A DNA stretch of 64,000 nt from an uncultured Acidobacteriaceae bacterium. GTDB lineage: Bacteria; Acidobacteriota; Terriglobia; Terriglobales; Acidobacteriaceae. Below the pieces are notes generated by a model that was given only the letters and a program-made list of their open reading frames with translations, was not told the DNA's origin and ran no database searches. Location: positions 732,427 through 796,426 of the forward strand of contig CAWGCQ010000001.1 of assembly GCA_963821165.1 (NCBI GenBank). Reading direction: 5' to 3'. The position numbers and the translations under genes were made by a program. The first letter of the stretch is position 1; every line of letters starts with the position of its first letter. Of the stretch, positions 1 through 15,875 are shown piece after piece.

Positions 1-1530
<1,530 letters not shown>

Positions 1531-1540
1531 AGTCTGTCCT

Positions 1541-2422
1541 ATGAGCAATCTTCCCGTCCCCGAGGCAGTCGAGCCCAAAGTCCTCGACATCCAGCACGAT
1601 ACCGATCCGGCGCAGGACCACGGGCTGGCTAGGCGCATTCCCCACCTTGGCCATGCGATCCTGTTCTTTTCGCTGGCCTTCCTGATGGTCGTGCTGTGTC
1701 AGCTGGCGATCTTCACGCTGGCTCACATTCGCCTGGAGTCGGCGCTGCAGCATCCCGGGCTCGGACTGGCGTCGCAGGCACTGGCGTACGCGCTCACGCT
1801 GGCGGCTTCGGCATGGCTGTTTCCGCATCTGTGGGACGTGTCGTTTCTGCAGGGCATCCATTGGAATTTTCTGGCGGCGCGGCGGTACTGGTACTGGATC
1901 GTCGGCGGAGGCGTGCTGCTGAGCGCGGCTGCGCAGGCGATCGTTGCAGCTGCTTCCTGCTCCCAAGACGACGCACGTTCGACAGCATCCTCACCACGCC
2001 GCATGCTGCATGGCTGTTGATGGCGTTTGCCGTTTTGCTGGCTCCGCTGACCGAGGAGATTGCGTTTCGCGGCTTCCTTTTGCCGGCGCTTGCAACGGCT
2101 TACGACTGGCTTGCCCTGGAGCGCACACCCGCCGGCCTGGAACGCTGGCAGCGCAGCTCGCTTCATTCCGCCTCGGCCCTGCTCTTCTCGGCGATCTTTT
2201 CGAGCATCCCCTTCGCGCTGCTGCATGCCGATCAGCTTTCGCACGCATGGGGAGTGCTTGGCAGTACTGTACGGCGTCAGCCTGGTGCTCAGCTTTGTGC
2301 GCATCCGGACGCACTCGGTCGCCTGCTCGACGCTGATGCATGCTACGTACAACTTTTCGATTTTTGCGGTCATCTTAATCTCGACGGGTGGATTTCGGCA
2401 TCTGGAGAAGCTGAGCCATTGA
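1541..2422 (+). CDS. CPBP (CAAX/Abi) family intramembrane metalloprotease, frameshifted
   Basis: Hydrophobic helices; APLTEEIAFRG, FALLH and HATYN motifs spread over three frames. Confidence 0.88.
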
Positions 2423-2472
2423 TGTTGTTCGTGGAATCCTCCAAAGCCACTTAGAGAAGGAAGGCGCACGCC

Positions 2473-2646
2473 ATGGCGAGAGTGCACAATTGCCCCCATT
2501 GCAGTTGCACCGATACATTCCGCGTCCATCGCAAACCCAAGGAGTATCTGCTGTTGGGATATCGGGCATACTGTTGTGCGGATTGCAAGAGCCGGTACCT
2601 GGTGTTTGAGTTCGGCAAGATGCTGCAGTGGCGGTCTGCTCCCTAG
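2473..2646 (+). CDS. Small putative zinc-ribbon protein (57 aa), absent from the ORF track
   Basis: MARVHNCPHCSCTDTFRVHRKPKEYLLLGYRAYCCADCKSRYLVFEFGKMLQWRSAP; CxxC..CxxC; purine-rich RBS GAAGGAAGG upstream. Confidence 0.6.
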   Translation: MARVHNCPHCSCTDTFRVHRKPKEYLLLGYRAYCCADCKSRYLVFEFGKMLQWRSAP

Positions 2647-2703
2647 CCCGATCGGCACGCGCCCTGACATCGCGCCTGCAAGTTCCTCTAAACTAGAAGA
2701 GAC

Positions 2704-3771
2704 ATGATTCCTACGCTCGAATGGACGCCCGCCGGCGTCAACTTCCTTGATCAGACCAAGCTTCCTCTCGAAGAGACCTACGTTCTCGCCACCGACTACC
2801 AGCAGGTAGCTACCGTCATCCGCGACATGATCGTGCGCGGCGCGCCGGCTATCGGCGTCTCGGGCGCAATGGGCGTGGCTATTGGCATCGAGCGCAGCTC
2901 GGCGTCGACGTTGCCGGAGCTCAGCGCTGAAGTCGAGATCATCTGCTCCACGCTGGCGGCAACGCGGCCCACTGCGGTCAATCTCTTCTGGGGCATCGGG
3001 CAGGTGCGGGATCTGTTCAACGAGCTCGCCGCGAAGAATACCTCGATCCCTGAGATCAAGACCGCCGTCGTCGCTCTCGCGAAGCGGCTGTATGACGAAG
3101 ACATCGCGCAGTGCAAAGCGCTCGGCGCCCACGGCGCGGACTTGCTGCCGAAGGAAGGCACCGTGCTGACGCATTGCAACGCGGGCGCTCTGGCCACCTG
3201 CGGCTACGGCACGGCGCTGGGCGTCATTCGCGCGGCCGTGGAGCGCGGACACAACATCGACGTGCTCGCGGACGAGACTCGCCCGTATCTGCAGGGCGCG
3301 CGGCTCACCGCCTGGGAGCTGATGAAGGATTCCATTCCGACGACGGTGCTGTGCGACAACATGGCCGGCCACCTGATGAGCAAGGGCCGCATCCAGGCCG
3401 TCATCGTCGGCGCCGACCGCATCGCGGCGAATGGCGACACGGCCAACAAGATCGGCACCTACAGCGTTTCGATCCTGGCGAAGGAGCATGGCATTCCGTT
3501 CTACGTGGCCGCGCCGTTCAACACCATCGACCTGGCGACGGCCACCGGCGAGGGCATTCCCATCGAGCAACGCAATCCGCGCGAGGTCACGCATTCCAAC
3601 GGCAAGCAGATGACGCCCGACGGCGTCGGCATCGAGAACCCGGCCTTCGACGTCACGCCGGCGAAGTACATCACCGCGATCATCACCGAGCGCGGCGTAC
3701 TGCGCGCGCCCTATAACGAGTCCATCCGCGCCATGGCCCTGGAGTCGGAACGGGCGCTCGCGGCCGTCTAG
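2704..3771 (+). CDS. mtnA: S-methyl-5-thioribose-1-phosphate isomerase
   Basis: [57 protein letters not shown]. Confidence 0.97.
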   Translation: MIPTLEWTPAGVNFLDQTKLPLEETYVLATDYQQVATVIRDMIVRGAPAIGVSGAMGVAIGIERSSASTLPELSAEVEIICSTLAATRPTAVNLFWGIGQVRDLFNELAAKNTSIPEIKTAVVALAKRLYDEDIAQCKALGAHGADLLPKEGTVLTHCNAGALATCGYGTALGVIRAAVERGHNIDVLADETRPYLQGARLTAWELMKDSIPTTVLCDNMAGHLMSKGRIQAVIVGADRIAANGDTANKIGTYSVSILAKEHGIPFYVAAPFNTIDLATATGEGIPIEQRNPREVTHSNGKQMTPDGVGIENPAFDVTPAKYITAIITERGVLRAPYNESIRAMALESERALAAV

Positions 3772-3850
3772 CCTCACGCCGCTGACCCCGGTCCGCCCGG
3801 TCGTGTCTTGCTCGATGTGTTCCAGAGGCATCCCGGTTTGGAGACGAATC

Positions 3851-5809
3851 ATGTGCAGACGTTTCGTCCTTGTGCTGGCTGTCGCGACGCTCAGCTCCGC
3901 AAGCGGCGCGCAGTCTGCATCGAGCTCCCCAGCCAACGAGTCCGCCTCCTACGGCTCACGCGAGCCAACCATCCGTCGTGCTGAGCGTCGTTGTCCAGGA
4001 CCATGAGGGCCAGCCCGTTCGCGGTCTGAAAGCGCAGAATTTTCGCGTCACCGAGGGCGGCGTTCCGCAAACCATCGCTCGCGTAGACGAGCATTCCTCG
4101 CTCTCCTCACCGCCGAAAGCACCCTCCTTCCCTCCTCTTCCTCCCGGCAACTTCACGGACTATACGCCCATCGCGTCCGGCGAAACGCTCAACATCCTGC
4201 TCATCGACGGGCTGAATACGCCCTTGAAGGGTGAGGGCTTCGTGCGCTCCCAGCTGTTCCAATACGTTCGCCAGGCCAATCCAAACACACGCATCGCGAT
4301 CTTCGGATTGGCGAACCACCTCATCCTTTTGCAAGGCTTCACCTCCGATCCGTCGGTGTTTCGCGACGTGGTCGAGCGCAAATTGATTGCCCGATCGCCT
4401 GCCATTACTGAGCATCCCCCCACCGAGGAGCAGAGCGTCCCAAATCTCTCCACCCACCCCTCGCTGGTCGCATCGCCGACGATTGCCCGAGGCCCTTCTG
4501 CCATCCTCCTGGCAGCCAATCTGCGGGCGTTTGAGGAGCAGCTCAATGTAACCGAAACTGACTTCCGCGTGCCCTACACGCTCGACGCCTTCAACACTCT
4601 GGCACACTACCTTGGATCGTTTCCGGGCCGCAAAAACCTGATCTGGTTCTCCGGATCGTTCCCCCTCAACATCGTTCCCGACCCCTCGCTGCCGCACCCG
4701 TTTCGTGTTGACGATGCCGACGCGGACGAGCTTCGCGAAACGGTGGAGTTGCTCTCCAAGGCGCAAGTCGCCGTGTATCCCGTCGACGCCCGGAGCCTGA
4801 TCGCACAGTCGGCAACAGCCGGCGGCTCCGGCGACACGAGCCCACAGCTTCAGCCTCGATCTCGGCAAAGTGTCCCAGTCGCAGGCAGCAGAGCACGCCA
4901 TGATGGAGGCCATCGCCGCAAGCACCGGCGGCCGCGCCATCTACAACCCTCAGAGCCTCGCCGATGCGGTCAACAGCGCCGTCGCCGCAGGGAGCAACTA
5001 CTACAGCCTGACGTATAGCCCGACCGACCCGGAAGGCGAGAGTTCCTATCGCCCGATTCACGTCGACATAATTGGCGTCGACGCCGAGCATCTGCAGCTC
5101 TCCTATCGGCGCGGCGACTACAGCAACGACGCAGCAAGCCAATCGCCAGACAGGGCTGCGGCCTACGAGCAAGCCGTCATGAGCCGTGGGGGCCCCACGC
5201 CCGAGGACCTGCTCTTCCGAGTACGCGTTCTGCCGGCCTCCACCACAACCGAAACCGCACTCGCCCCTGACAATCGACTCGCTCCTTTCCTTCCTGAGAA
5301 GGGGCCGTTTCGCCGCTACGATCTCGACTTCCTCTCGCAACCAGGCGAACTCACCTTTACCCAGCAGCCCGACGGCCACCGCGTCGCAAAGGTCGAGTTC
5401 CTCGCCTACGTCTTCGACACGGAAGGCACGCTGCTGGACACGACCGGCCAGGAAGCTCACCCTTGAACCCCAGCACAACGACGCGTCAAAGCTCGCGCGC
5501 AGCGTCATCCGATATCACCTCGAAGTGAGCGTGCCAGATCGCGCCGAGACCTTCCTTCGCATCGGCATGCGGGACGTCACCAGCAACCGATTTGGCGTCG
5601 TCGAGATCCCCACTTCGGCCGTAACCTCTCTGCCTCCAGCCACCTACGAACCTGCCACCGCACCCACCTCCCCAGCCCGCGCCGGCACCGGCCAGACCGG
5701 CTGGACGATCAACCCCTCCGCAGGTCTAGAATGTTCCCCAGCGTTGACGATTCTGCACCCCAACGGGCAAAGACGCCCCGTCGGGGACCCCGATTCTCCC
5801 CGTCCATGA
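3851..5809 (+). CDS. Secreted VWA-related domain protein (Acidobacteria type), several frameshifts
   Basis: Signal peptide; VVQD..G.PVRGLKAQNFRVTEGG, LLIDGLNT, PGRKNLIWFSGSFP, VYPVDAR, IAASTGGRA, YYSLTYSP across ORFs 3870, 4870 and 5186. Confidence 0.82.
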
Positions 5810-6108
5810 CACCGGCCATCTTCAATCCGCGTGCGCGTTCCCTGGTACGTGGGAATGTCATCGTCTACGCCAGCGTGGCCGCCGCGACCCTGATTTCGAG
5901 GTTCCCTCACATCCGCCCCACCCCGTGGCTGATTCTTCCCTTCCTCGGCTGCCTGGCCGGCATGGGCGACACGCTGCGCTGCATCCAGAAGCGCTGGAAC
6001 CTGTACCACGGCGGCGTCATGTTCTGCCTCTACATGGACCTGATGGCCATCATGCTGGTGCTGTTCTTCCTGGTGTATCCGTACCTGGTCTGGCTGGGCG
6101 AGGCCTGA
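5806..6108 (+). CDS. Small three-helix membrane protein
   Basis: MTPAIFNPRARS... hydrophobic 100 aa ORF with ATGA overlap to the upstream stop. Confidence 0.7.
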   Translation: MTPAIFNPRARSLVRGNVIVYASVAAATLISRFPHIRPTPWLILPFLGCLAGMGDTLRCIQKRWNLYHGGVMFCLYMDLMAIMLVLFFLVYPYLVWLGEA

Positions 6109-6164
6109 GCGGCGGGCGACGCGCGGTCCTTCGCGAGCGCCACCCTGTAAACTGACACTTGGCA

Positions 6165-8533
<2,369 letters not shown>

Positions 8534-8541
8534 CACCTTCA

Positions 8542-8573
8542 CCTAATCCCTAATCCCTGTTCCCTAATCCCTG
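8542..8573 (+). repeat. Heptamer tandem array (CCCTAAT/CCCTGTT)
   Basis: cctaat ccctaat ccctgtt ccctaat ccctg between metG and tatD. Confidence 0.9.
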
Positions 8574-8578
8574 CCTTT

Positions 8579-9420
8579 ATGCTGATCGACTCGCACTGCC
8601 ATCTCGACGACTACGACGATCTCCCCGCGATCCTTGCGCACGCACGCGAAGCCGGCGTCGGCAAGCTGCTGGCCATCGGCATCGGCGATGGGCCCGACAC
8701 GATGCACCGTGCGCTCGAGCTCGCGCACGCGCACCCGCAGATTTTCGCCACCGCCGGCATCCATCCGCAGGAAGCGCACCAGGCTACCCCCGAGAATCTC
8801 GCCAAGCTCGCAACCCTCGCCGCCGACCCACGCTGCCTCGCCATCGGCGAGATCGGCCTCGACTACTACCACCTCGACAACCCCGACATCCCCACCCAGC
8901 AGGCCGCCTTCATCGCGCAGATGAAGATCGCCGCCGCCGCGCGCAAGCCCATCACGATCCACTGCCGCACCTCGGAGCTGGCCATCCCCGCAGCCAAAGC
9001 AAAGTACGAACCCGCCGACGCCTGGGAGGATCTGCTCGCGCTGATCGCCGAGCACTGGACGCCCACCGGGCTCCCCGGCATCATGCATTGCTTCTCCGGG
9101 AACGAAGACCAGGCCGCGCGCTCGCTCGCCGCCGGCTTCTATCTCTCCTTCGCCGGCAACGTCACCTACCCGAAGTCGACGACCATCCAGGCCGTCGCCG
9201 CGAGCGCGCCCGCCGACCGCATCCTGGTTGAAACCGACGCGCCGTTTCTCGCGCCCATCCCGCTGCGCGGCCAGACCAACGAGCCCGCCTTCGTCGCGCA
9301 CACGGCACGCTTCGTAGCCGAGCTGCGCGGCGTCACCGTCGGAGCAACTGGCGGAAACTAACCACATCGAATTTTGGCGTGCTGTTCCCAGCGTCACTGT
9401 CCGTTTCGTCGGACTTCTGA
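8579..9420 (+). CDS. tatD: TatD family hydrolase (probable frameshift near 9350)
   Basis: IDSHCHL, GIHP, IGEIGLDY, IHCR, HCFSG, ETDAPFLAP, NEP. Confidence 0.93.
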
Positions 9421-9474
9421 CACAATGAAGAGCAATCACCCGCGACGCAGCATCTAATTTGCAGAGGACCAACC

Positions 9475-9975
9475 ATGGCAGCTGATAACAGCTTCGATAT
9501 CGTGAGCAAGGTCGATATCCAGGAAGTGAAGAACGCCATCGACCAGGCGAGCAAGGAGGTCCACGCGCGCTTCGACCTCAAGAACTCGAAGTCCACCATC
9601 GCGCTTGAGGGCGACGACGTCGTGCAGCTCGCCTCGCAGGACGAGTACACGCTCAAGGCCGTGATCGAAATCCTCGCGCAGAAGTTCGTCAAGCGCAGCG
9701 TCTCGCTCAAGAATCTTGAGTACGAGAAGATTGAGCCAGCCTCCAACTCCTCCGTGCGCCAGAAGATCAAGCTCAAGCAGGGCATCTCCTCCGAGCCCGC
9801 GAAGAAGATCGTCGCGCTCATCAAGGATTCGAAGCTGAAAGCGCAGGCCAGCATCCAGGGCGACACCGTGCGCGTGACCAGCAAGGACCGCGACACCCTG
9901 CAGCAGATCATTGCGCTGCTGCGCGGCAAGGATCTCGGCATCGACCTCCAGTTCACGAACTTCCGCTCGAACTAG
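9475..9975 (+). CDS. yajQ: YajQ family nucleotide/c-di-GMP-binding protein
   Basis: SFDIVSKVD.QEV.NA, QASIQGD.VRV..K.RD.LQ, LQFTNFR. Confidence 0.95.
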   Translation: MAADNSFDIVSKVDIQEVKNAIDQASKEVHARFDLKNSKSTIALEGDDVVQLASQDEYTLKAVIEILAQKFVKRSVSLKNLEYEKIEPASNSSVRQKIKLKQGISSEPAKKIVALIKDSKLKAQASIQGDTVRVTSKDRDTLQQIIALLRGKDLGIDLQFTNFRSN

Positions 9976-10057
9976 CGTTGATTCTGCGCAATCCGGGCCG
10001 CCAACCTGTTTCAAATCACAACCTGTAGATTCGTTCACCTGCTACTCTTAACCAAAC

Positions 10058-11042
<985 letters not shown>

Positions 11043-11062
<20 letters not shown>

Positions 11063-11345
11063 CTACAAGTCGACCGTCGTCATAGTCCTCGTCCACTTCA
11101 TCGTCATCCCCTTCGTCCGCAACCGTGACGGCCAGATCCTCCACGCGCGGTGAGCCCTCGGCGTGAGGGTCCAACAGCACCTGGATGCGGCTTTCCGCGC
11201 TGGCCAGCTGCGCCTTGCACGCATTCGACAGCTGCACCCCGCGCTCAAACAGAGTGACATTCTCCTCCAGAGTCAGGTCGCCATGCTCCAGCTGATCGAC
11301 GACCTTCTCCAACTCCGACATCTGATCCTCAAAGCTCGCCATCAC
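11043..11345 (-). CDS. xseB: Exodeoxyribonuclease VII small subunit
   Basis: FEDQMSELEKVVDQLEHGDLTLEE..LFERG..L...C...L..AE.RI; acidic tail, exact 3' end uncertain. Confidence 0.92.
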
Positions 11346-13234
11346 CGCACCTCCTCCATCAAACCAAGAACCTCGGTCGTCAACGCATACTTCCCAAAGG
11401 GCGCACTCACCTGCACGCCCTGCACGGAACCACGAACGCTTTCCAGCATCTCACGGGCGATCGCTACACCCTCGGCTAACGCTGCGTCCTTGTCGGGCGC
11501 CGCGGCCATGCGGGCGAGTATCTCGTCGGGCATGGACACCCGCAGATCGTTCTTCATGAACTCCGCGTTGCGCACGCTGGTCAGCGGCCAGATACCGGCA
11601 ATCACCGGGATCCGGAAGCCTTCTATTCGGCGCAGGAACTCCTCCAGCAGCTTCAGATCGAACACGGGCTGGGTAATGCAGAACTCCGCGCCCGCCTCTA
11701 CCTTGTACGCGAACCGCCGCACCTCATGGTCGATGTCGAGTACGCCCGGATTCGCTGCCGCGGAGATCGTAAACCCCGTAGAACCGCCAATTGGATTGCG
11801 CCCGATATCCAGACCCTGGTTCAGCCCGTGCACGATGTTCACCAGCCCAATCGCGTCTACATCGAACACCGCGGTTGCGTCGGGATAGTTCCCCATCTTG
11901 GGCGGGTCGCCTGTGAGGCACAGGATGTTCTTCAGCCCGATGGATGCCGCGCCCAGCAGGTCGCTCTGGATGCTCAGCACATTCCGGTCGCGGCAGGTGT
12001 AGTGCAGGATCGTCTCGATGCCGACCTTCTGCTGAATCTGCACGCAGAGGCTTTGCGCGCTCATCCGCGCACTGGCGCGCGGCGAGTCCGGCACGTTGAT
12101 CGCATCCACGCCGTAGCGCGCCAGCAGTGCCGCGCCGGCCAGCTCCTTCTCGCAGTCGAAGCCCTTGGGCGGAACAATCTCCACCATCGTCACGAACTTG
12201 CCGTCGGCAATGCACTTGCCGATGTGCGAACGCTCGCGCAACGGCGGAGGCTCAACCGCTGCCTCGTGCGGCGTGATTGTCACCGTTGCGGCCGCGGGGC
12301 TCGTGCGTGCGACTGCTGTCTCGCCCGCATCCTGCGCCTCCATCGCGCGCAACGCACTGCGCATCGCACGAATGTGCGCGGGGGTCGTTCCGCAGCAGCC
12401 TCCCACCCAGCTCGCTCCTGCACGCACAAACTTGCGCGCGAAGCTGCCCATGTACTCAGGCGAGGTGAGGTAGATGTTTCGCCCCTCCACATTGCGGGGC
12501 ATGCCCGCATTGGGCATCGCGACGATCGGCAGGCTGGTCACCGTGCGCATCCGTTCGACCGCACTCAGCACAGCGGCAGGCCCGGTGCTGCAATTGCAGC
12601 CAACGGCATCGGCGCCGACTGCTACCACGCGTTGCGCCGCAACCTCGGGGCTAGTGCCATCGAGGCAATTCGATTCCTCATCCACCGTAAACAGCACCAC
12701 CATCTTCAGCTGCGGAGCCACCTCGCGCGCCGCCAGCACGGCCTGCTCTGCCTCGTCGACTGACATCATGGTCTCGAGCATCAGCAGGTCCACGCCGCCT
12801 TCCGCCAGCGCGGCAATCTGCTCCGCAAACGCCGCGCGCGCCTCCTCCAGGCTGGTCTTGCCGAGCGGTTCCAGCCGCAAGCCCAGCGGTCCCATGGCCC
12901 CAGCCACGAACGCCTGGGTTCCCTGCTTCTCGCGGATGGCGTCGGCACACTGCCGGGCAATGGCTGCGCCGGCAAGGTTGAACTCGCGCACCTTATCGCG
13001 CAGGCCAAACCGTTCCAGCCGGAAACTGTTGGCGCCAAAGGTGTTGGTTTCGATGACCTCTGCACCCGCCTGGAGGTACTGCTGGTGCACCGAGCGCACT
13101 GTCTCCGCCTGGGTCACGTTCAGTTCGTCGTAACAGCGGTTGATAAACACACCGCAGCTGTACAGCATAGTGCCCATGGCCCCGTCGCAAAGAACGGTTC
13201 CACCCTCGAAGAGTCTATTCACCGCAGCTGCCAT
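11342..13234 (-). CDS. Bifunctional homocysteine S-methyltransferase / methylenetetrahydrofolate reductase (YitJ-like)
   Basis: DGAMGT, ETNTFGAN, GCNC, PNAG, GGCCGT; MTHFR half with CRDRN, LTGDPP, ITQPVFD. Confidence 0.95.
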   Translation of the reverse strand: MAAAVNRLFEGGTVLCDGAMGTMLYSCGVFINRCYDELNVTQAETVRSVHQQYLQAGAEVIETNTFGANSFRLERFGLRDKVREFNLAGAAIARQCADAIREKQGTQAFVAGAMGPLGLRLEPLGKTSLEEARAAFAEQIAALAEGGVDLLMLETMMSVDEAEQAVLAAREVAPQLKMVVLFTVDEESNCLDGTSPEVAAQRVVAVGADAVGCNCSTGPAAVLSAVERMRTVTSLPIVAMPNAGMPRNVEGRNIYLTSPEYMGSFARKFVRAGASWVGGCCGTTPAHIRAMRSALRAMEAQDAGETAVARTSPAAATVTITPHEAAVEPPPLRERSHIGKCIADGKFVTMVEIVPPKGFDCEKELAGAALLARYGVDAINVPDSPRASARMSAQSLCVQIQQKVGIETILHYTCRDRNVLSIQSDLLGAASIGLKNILCLTGDPPKMGNYPDATAVFDVDAIGLVNIVHGLNQGLDIGRNPIGGSTGFTISAAANPGVLDIDHEVRRFAYKVEAGAEFCITQPVFDLKLLEEFLRRIEGFRIPVIAGIWPLTSVRNAEFMKNDLRVSMPDEILARMAAAPDKDAALAEGVAIAREMLESVRGSVQGVQVSAPFGKYALTTEVLGLMEEVR

Positions 13235-13402
13235 CAGTCTCGTAACCCGCCCGACGATTTGATTCGTCTAATCGTTCAATCGTATAACGCTGGGGGCTTC
13301 GTCGCCCTCCCTGGAATGGGCCAGATGCCGGACAGATTCGGCAGTTTGCCCTGTTATACTTGGCTTAGAAATTGCAAACCCCGCGCAGTTGGCGGCTGAA
13401 GT

Positions 13403-15010
13403 TTGGAGCGGTTCACGTTGAAGACAAGAAGTTTCTCTGCCCTGATTGCGTCGGGCATCCTGCTGGCCACGGCCACCCTTGCACTCTCTGGTTGCGGTGT
13501 CGTCGTACTGTATAAGACTCCCGAGTACACCTATTCCGGCCGCCCGGTCCCGCCCAGCAAGCTGCTTGAGCGTGTTCTTGTGGCCTTTTCTGCGACCGGA
13601 AATTCGGGCGGCCTTGAGATCCTCGATGGCCTTCGTGACCTGCGTGGAAACGTCCAGAACACCACCAAGACCTTCGCGATCTCGGGCTACTCTGAGGCGG
13701 AGCCCGTCAGCATCCTCAACTTCCCCGAGGAGACCACCGGCTACGTGCTCTCCTACAACGACGGCAACCTGATCGACATTAACTACAGCAAGGAAACCGC
13801 AAGCGGAACGGTGAGCAACTTCGCGCCGCAGCCCGCATCAGCCGCCGCCTCTCCCCTCGGCCTTGCTTTTGCAGGCGCCGCGCAACAGGCCGGCCAACTG
13901 GTATTTGAAACCGGCGGAATAACCTACCTCCTGAATCTTCCCGGCGTGAACAAGGTCGTCATCAATCCTGGCTTCAGTGTCGTGTTGGCGATGGTGCAGA
14001 ATTCGAACACGCTGTACCGCGTCGTGAAACTTCCGGCGACCGCCAACCCCGTTCTTCCCCCTGGCTATGTGGACTGTGAGCCGCTGCTTCTGCCGGCCTA
14101 TTGTGTCGTTCCCGTTGCCGGCACCTACGATCGCCCGGTGAATGTTAATTTCTCGGTCGATGGCAGCACCGCATACGTCCTCAACTCGGGCCCCGAAAAT
14201 GGGGGCACCACCGCAAGCGTCAGCTTCCTCGATACGTCAGCGCTGAATATCGACACGGTGCCCACGGTTGACCCGCTAAGCTCCGGTGCGCCATCCCCGA
14301 TGTCCACACTGCCCGCAGGCGTGGCCAATCCCATCCCGATCCCCGGCGGCGTGACGGCCTCAAACTCGGATGGAACCTACCTCTATCTGGCAGGCCAGCA
14401 ATTGCAGACCAGCGGCCCGTACAAGGGACTCTTCGCCGGCAATCTCACCACCATCAACCTCGCCACCTACGCCGTCAGCGCTCCCGTCTCCATCTCCGAC
14501 GGCACGCATACCAAGCTGCTATTCGCCGACAACAACACCATGTGGATTGCCTCGTCGAACTGCGCCAATGGCGTGCGCGCGGCAACGGCAGCCGCGGAGC
14601 TGGCTTCGCAGGGCTTCACCGACCAGGCGGGCAACTACAACTGCCTGACCATGACGACCACCGGCACCGCCACGCCGCCGGCCACGATCATTCCCGCGGT
14701 AGTCCAATCCAACGTCTCGAGCGTAACCCCGGTTACCGTCCCGAACCCGAACACCAACCAGAATCAGTACTACTACGGCAGCGCGACCGGCCTGTGCTGG
14801 GTTCAGAACTACTACAAGGTCTTCACCGGGTACGGCGGCCAGATCCACGCGTTCTACACCGGTCTCAATCCCAATCCGATTGTTGAAACCCAGCAGGAAG
14901 ACGCGAATGGCGGACCTCCGGGTTCCGAGATCAACAACATTAACATGACTGTGCAAGGCACCGTCTACGACGTAGCCTACATGGACGCCGAGACCGACAG
15001 CGCAGACTAA
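13403..15010 (+). CDS. Hypothetical lipoprotein, probable beta-propeller
   Basis: Lipobox-like LSGC after a hydrophobic stretch; beta-rich S/T/N-rich body (FSVDGSTAYVLN, SDGTYLYLAG). Confidence 0.7.
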   Translation: MERFTLKTRSFSALIASGILLATATLALSGCGVVVLYKTPEYTYSGRPVPPSKLLERVLVAFSATGNSGGLEILDGLRDLRGNVQNTTKTFAISGYSEAEPVSILNFPEETTGYVLSYNDGNLIDINYSKETASGTVSNFAPQPASAAASPLGLAFAGAAQQAGQLVFETGGITYLLNLPGVNKVVINPGFSVVLAMVQNSNTLYRVVKLPATANPVLPPGYVDCEPLLLPAYCVVPVAGTYDRPVNVNFSVDGSTAYVLNSGPENGGTTASVSFLDTSALNIDTVPTVDPLSSGAPSPMSTLPAGVANPIPIPGGVTASNSDGTYLYLAGQQLQTSGPYKGLFAGNLTTINLATYAVSAPVSISDGTHTKLLFADNNTMWIASSNCANGVRAATAAAELASQGFTDQAGNYNCLTMTTTGTATPPATIIPAVVQSNVSSVTPVTVPNPNTNQNQYYYGSATGLCWVQNYYKVFTGYGGQIHAFYTGLNPNPIVETQQEDANGGPPGSEINNINMTVQGTVYDVAYMDAETDSAD

Positions 15011-15014
15011 CTCC

Positions 15015-15788
15015 ATGGCCACGCCGCAGGCCTCACCCTCTACCGCCGCAGGTACGCTCGATGGCCGCGATGGCCTCGACATACTTGCCATCGCCGCGCA
15101 TCGCGATGACGTCGAGCAAACCTGCGGCGGCACTCTTTTGGTGCAGCAAGCCCTGGGGTGGCGTACCGGCATACTCGATCTCACGCGCGGCGAAGCCGGC
15201 ACCCGCGGCACCGCCGCCGAGCGAGCTGCCGAGGCCGAGGCCGCCGCGAAGATCCTCCGCGTCTCCCATCGCGAAGCTCTCGATCTGCCTGATGGCAACG
15301 TGCAGAATACCCTGGAAAACCGCCTCAAGGTCGCTGCCGTGCTGCGCAGGCTTCGCCCCCGCGTGGTGATTCTGCCCTACTGGCAGGGGCGTCACCCGGA
15401 CCACTACACGGCCTCCACGCTGGGCTATGAGGCATGCTTCGCAGCCGGCCTCTCGCGCCTCGACCTACCCGCCGCAGACGGCGCACCGCACCGCCCCTAC
15501 AAGATCCTCTATGCCTCGCTCTACGCCGACGTTCGCCCCACCTTCGTCGTCGACATCACCCCCCACATCGAGACGCGCCTGCAATCACTGCTCGCCTACC
15601 GTTCGCAGTACGGAACCCAGCCCACCGGCGCTGGCCTCTTCGTTCCCGAAGAAGACATCCGCGAGCGCACCTTCGCCACCGCCCGCCACTACGGCCTGCT
15701 GGCCGGCGTTCGCTACGCCGAACCCTTCGTTCAGCGCGAAGTAGCCTGCGTGAATGATCTGATGATGCTGCCCGTCCAAAGTATCTAA
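15015..15788 (+). CDS. bshB1: PIG-L family deacetylase, bacillithiol biosynthesis BshB1-like
   Basis: AHRDDVE, DLTRGEAGTRG, RHPDH, AYRSQ, GVRYAEPF. Confidence 0.85.
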   Translation: MATPQASPSTAAGTLDGRDGLDILAIAAHRDDVEQTCGGTLLVQQALGWRTGILDLTRGEAGTRGTAAERAAEAEAAAKILRVSHREALDLPDGNVQNTLENRLKVAAVLRRLRPRVVILPYWQGRHPDHYTASTLGYEACFAAGLSRLDLPAADGAPHRPYKILYASLYADVRPTFVVDITPHIETRLQSLLAYRSQYGTQPTGAGLFVPEEDIRERTFATARHYGLLAGVRYAEPFVQREVACVNDLMMLPVQSI

Positions 15789-15801
15789 CCCCGCACAAAA
15801 C

Positions 15802-15833
15802 GGGTGCCCCAGGTCTCGCTTTTGAGACCTGGG
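15802..15833 (+). repeat. REP-like palindrome GGGTGCCCCA.GTCTCGCTT.TGAGAC.TGGG
   Basis: Hairpin between convergent genes; near-identical copy inside tilS at 36805-36836. Confidence 0.85.
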
Positions 15834-15875
15834 TTCGCACGATCGCCGTTTCACCACGCTCCGCAGCCTGGAGCG

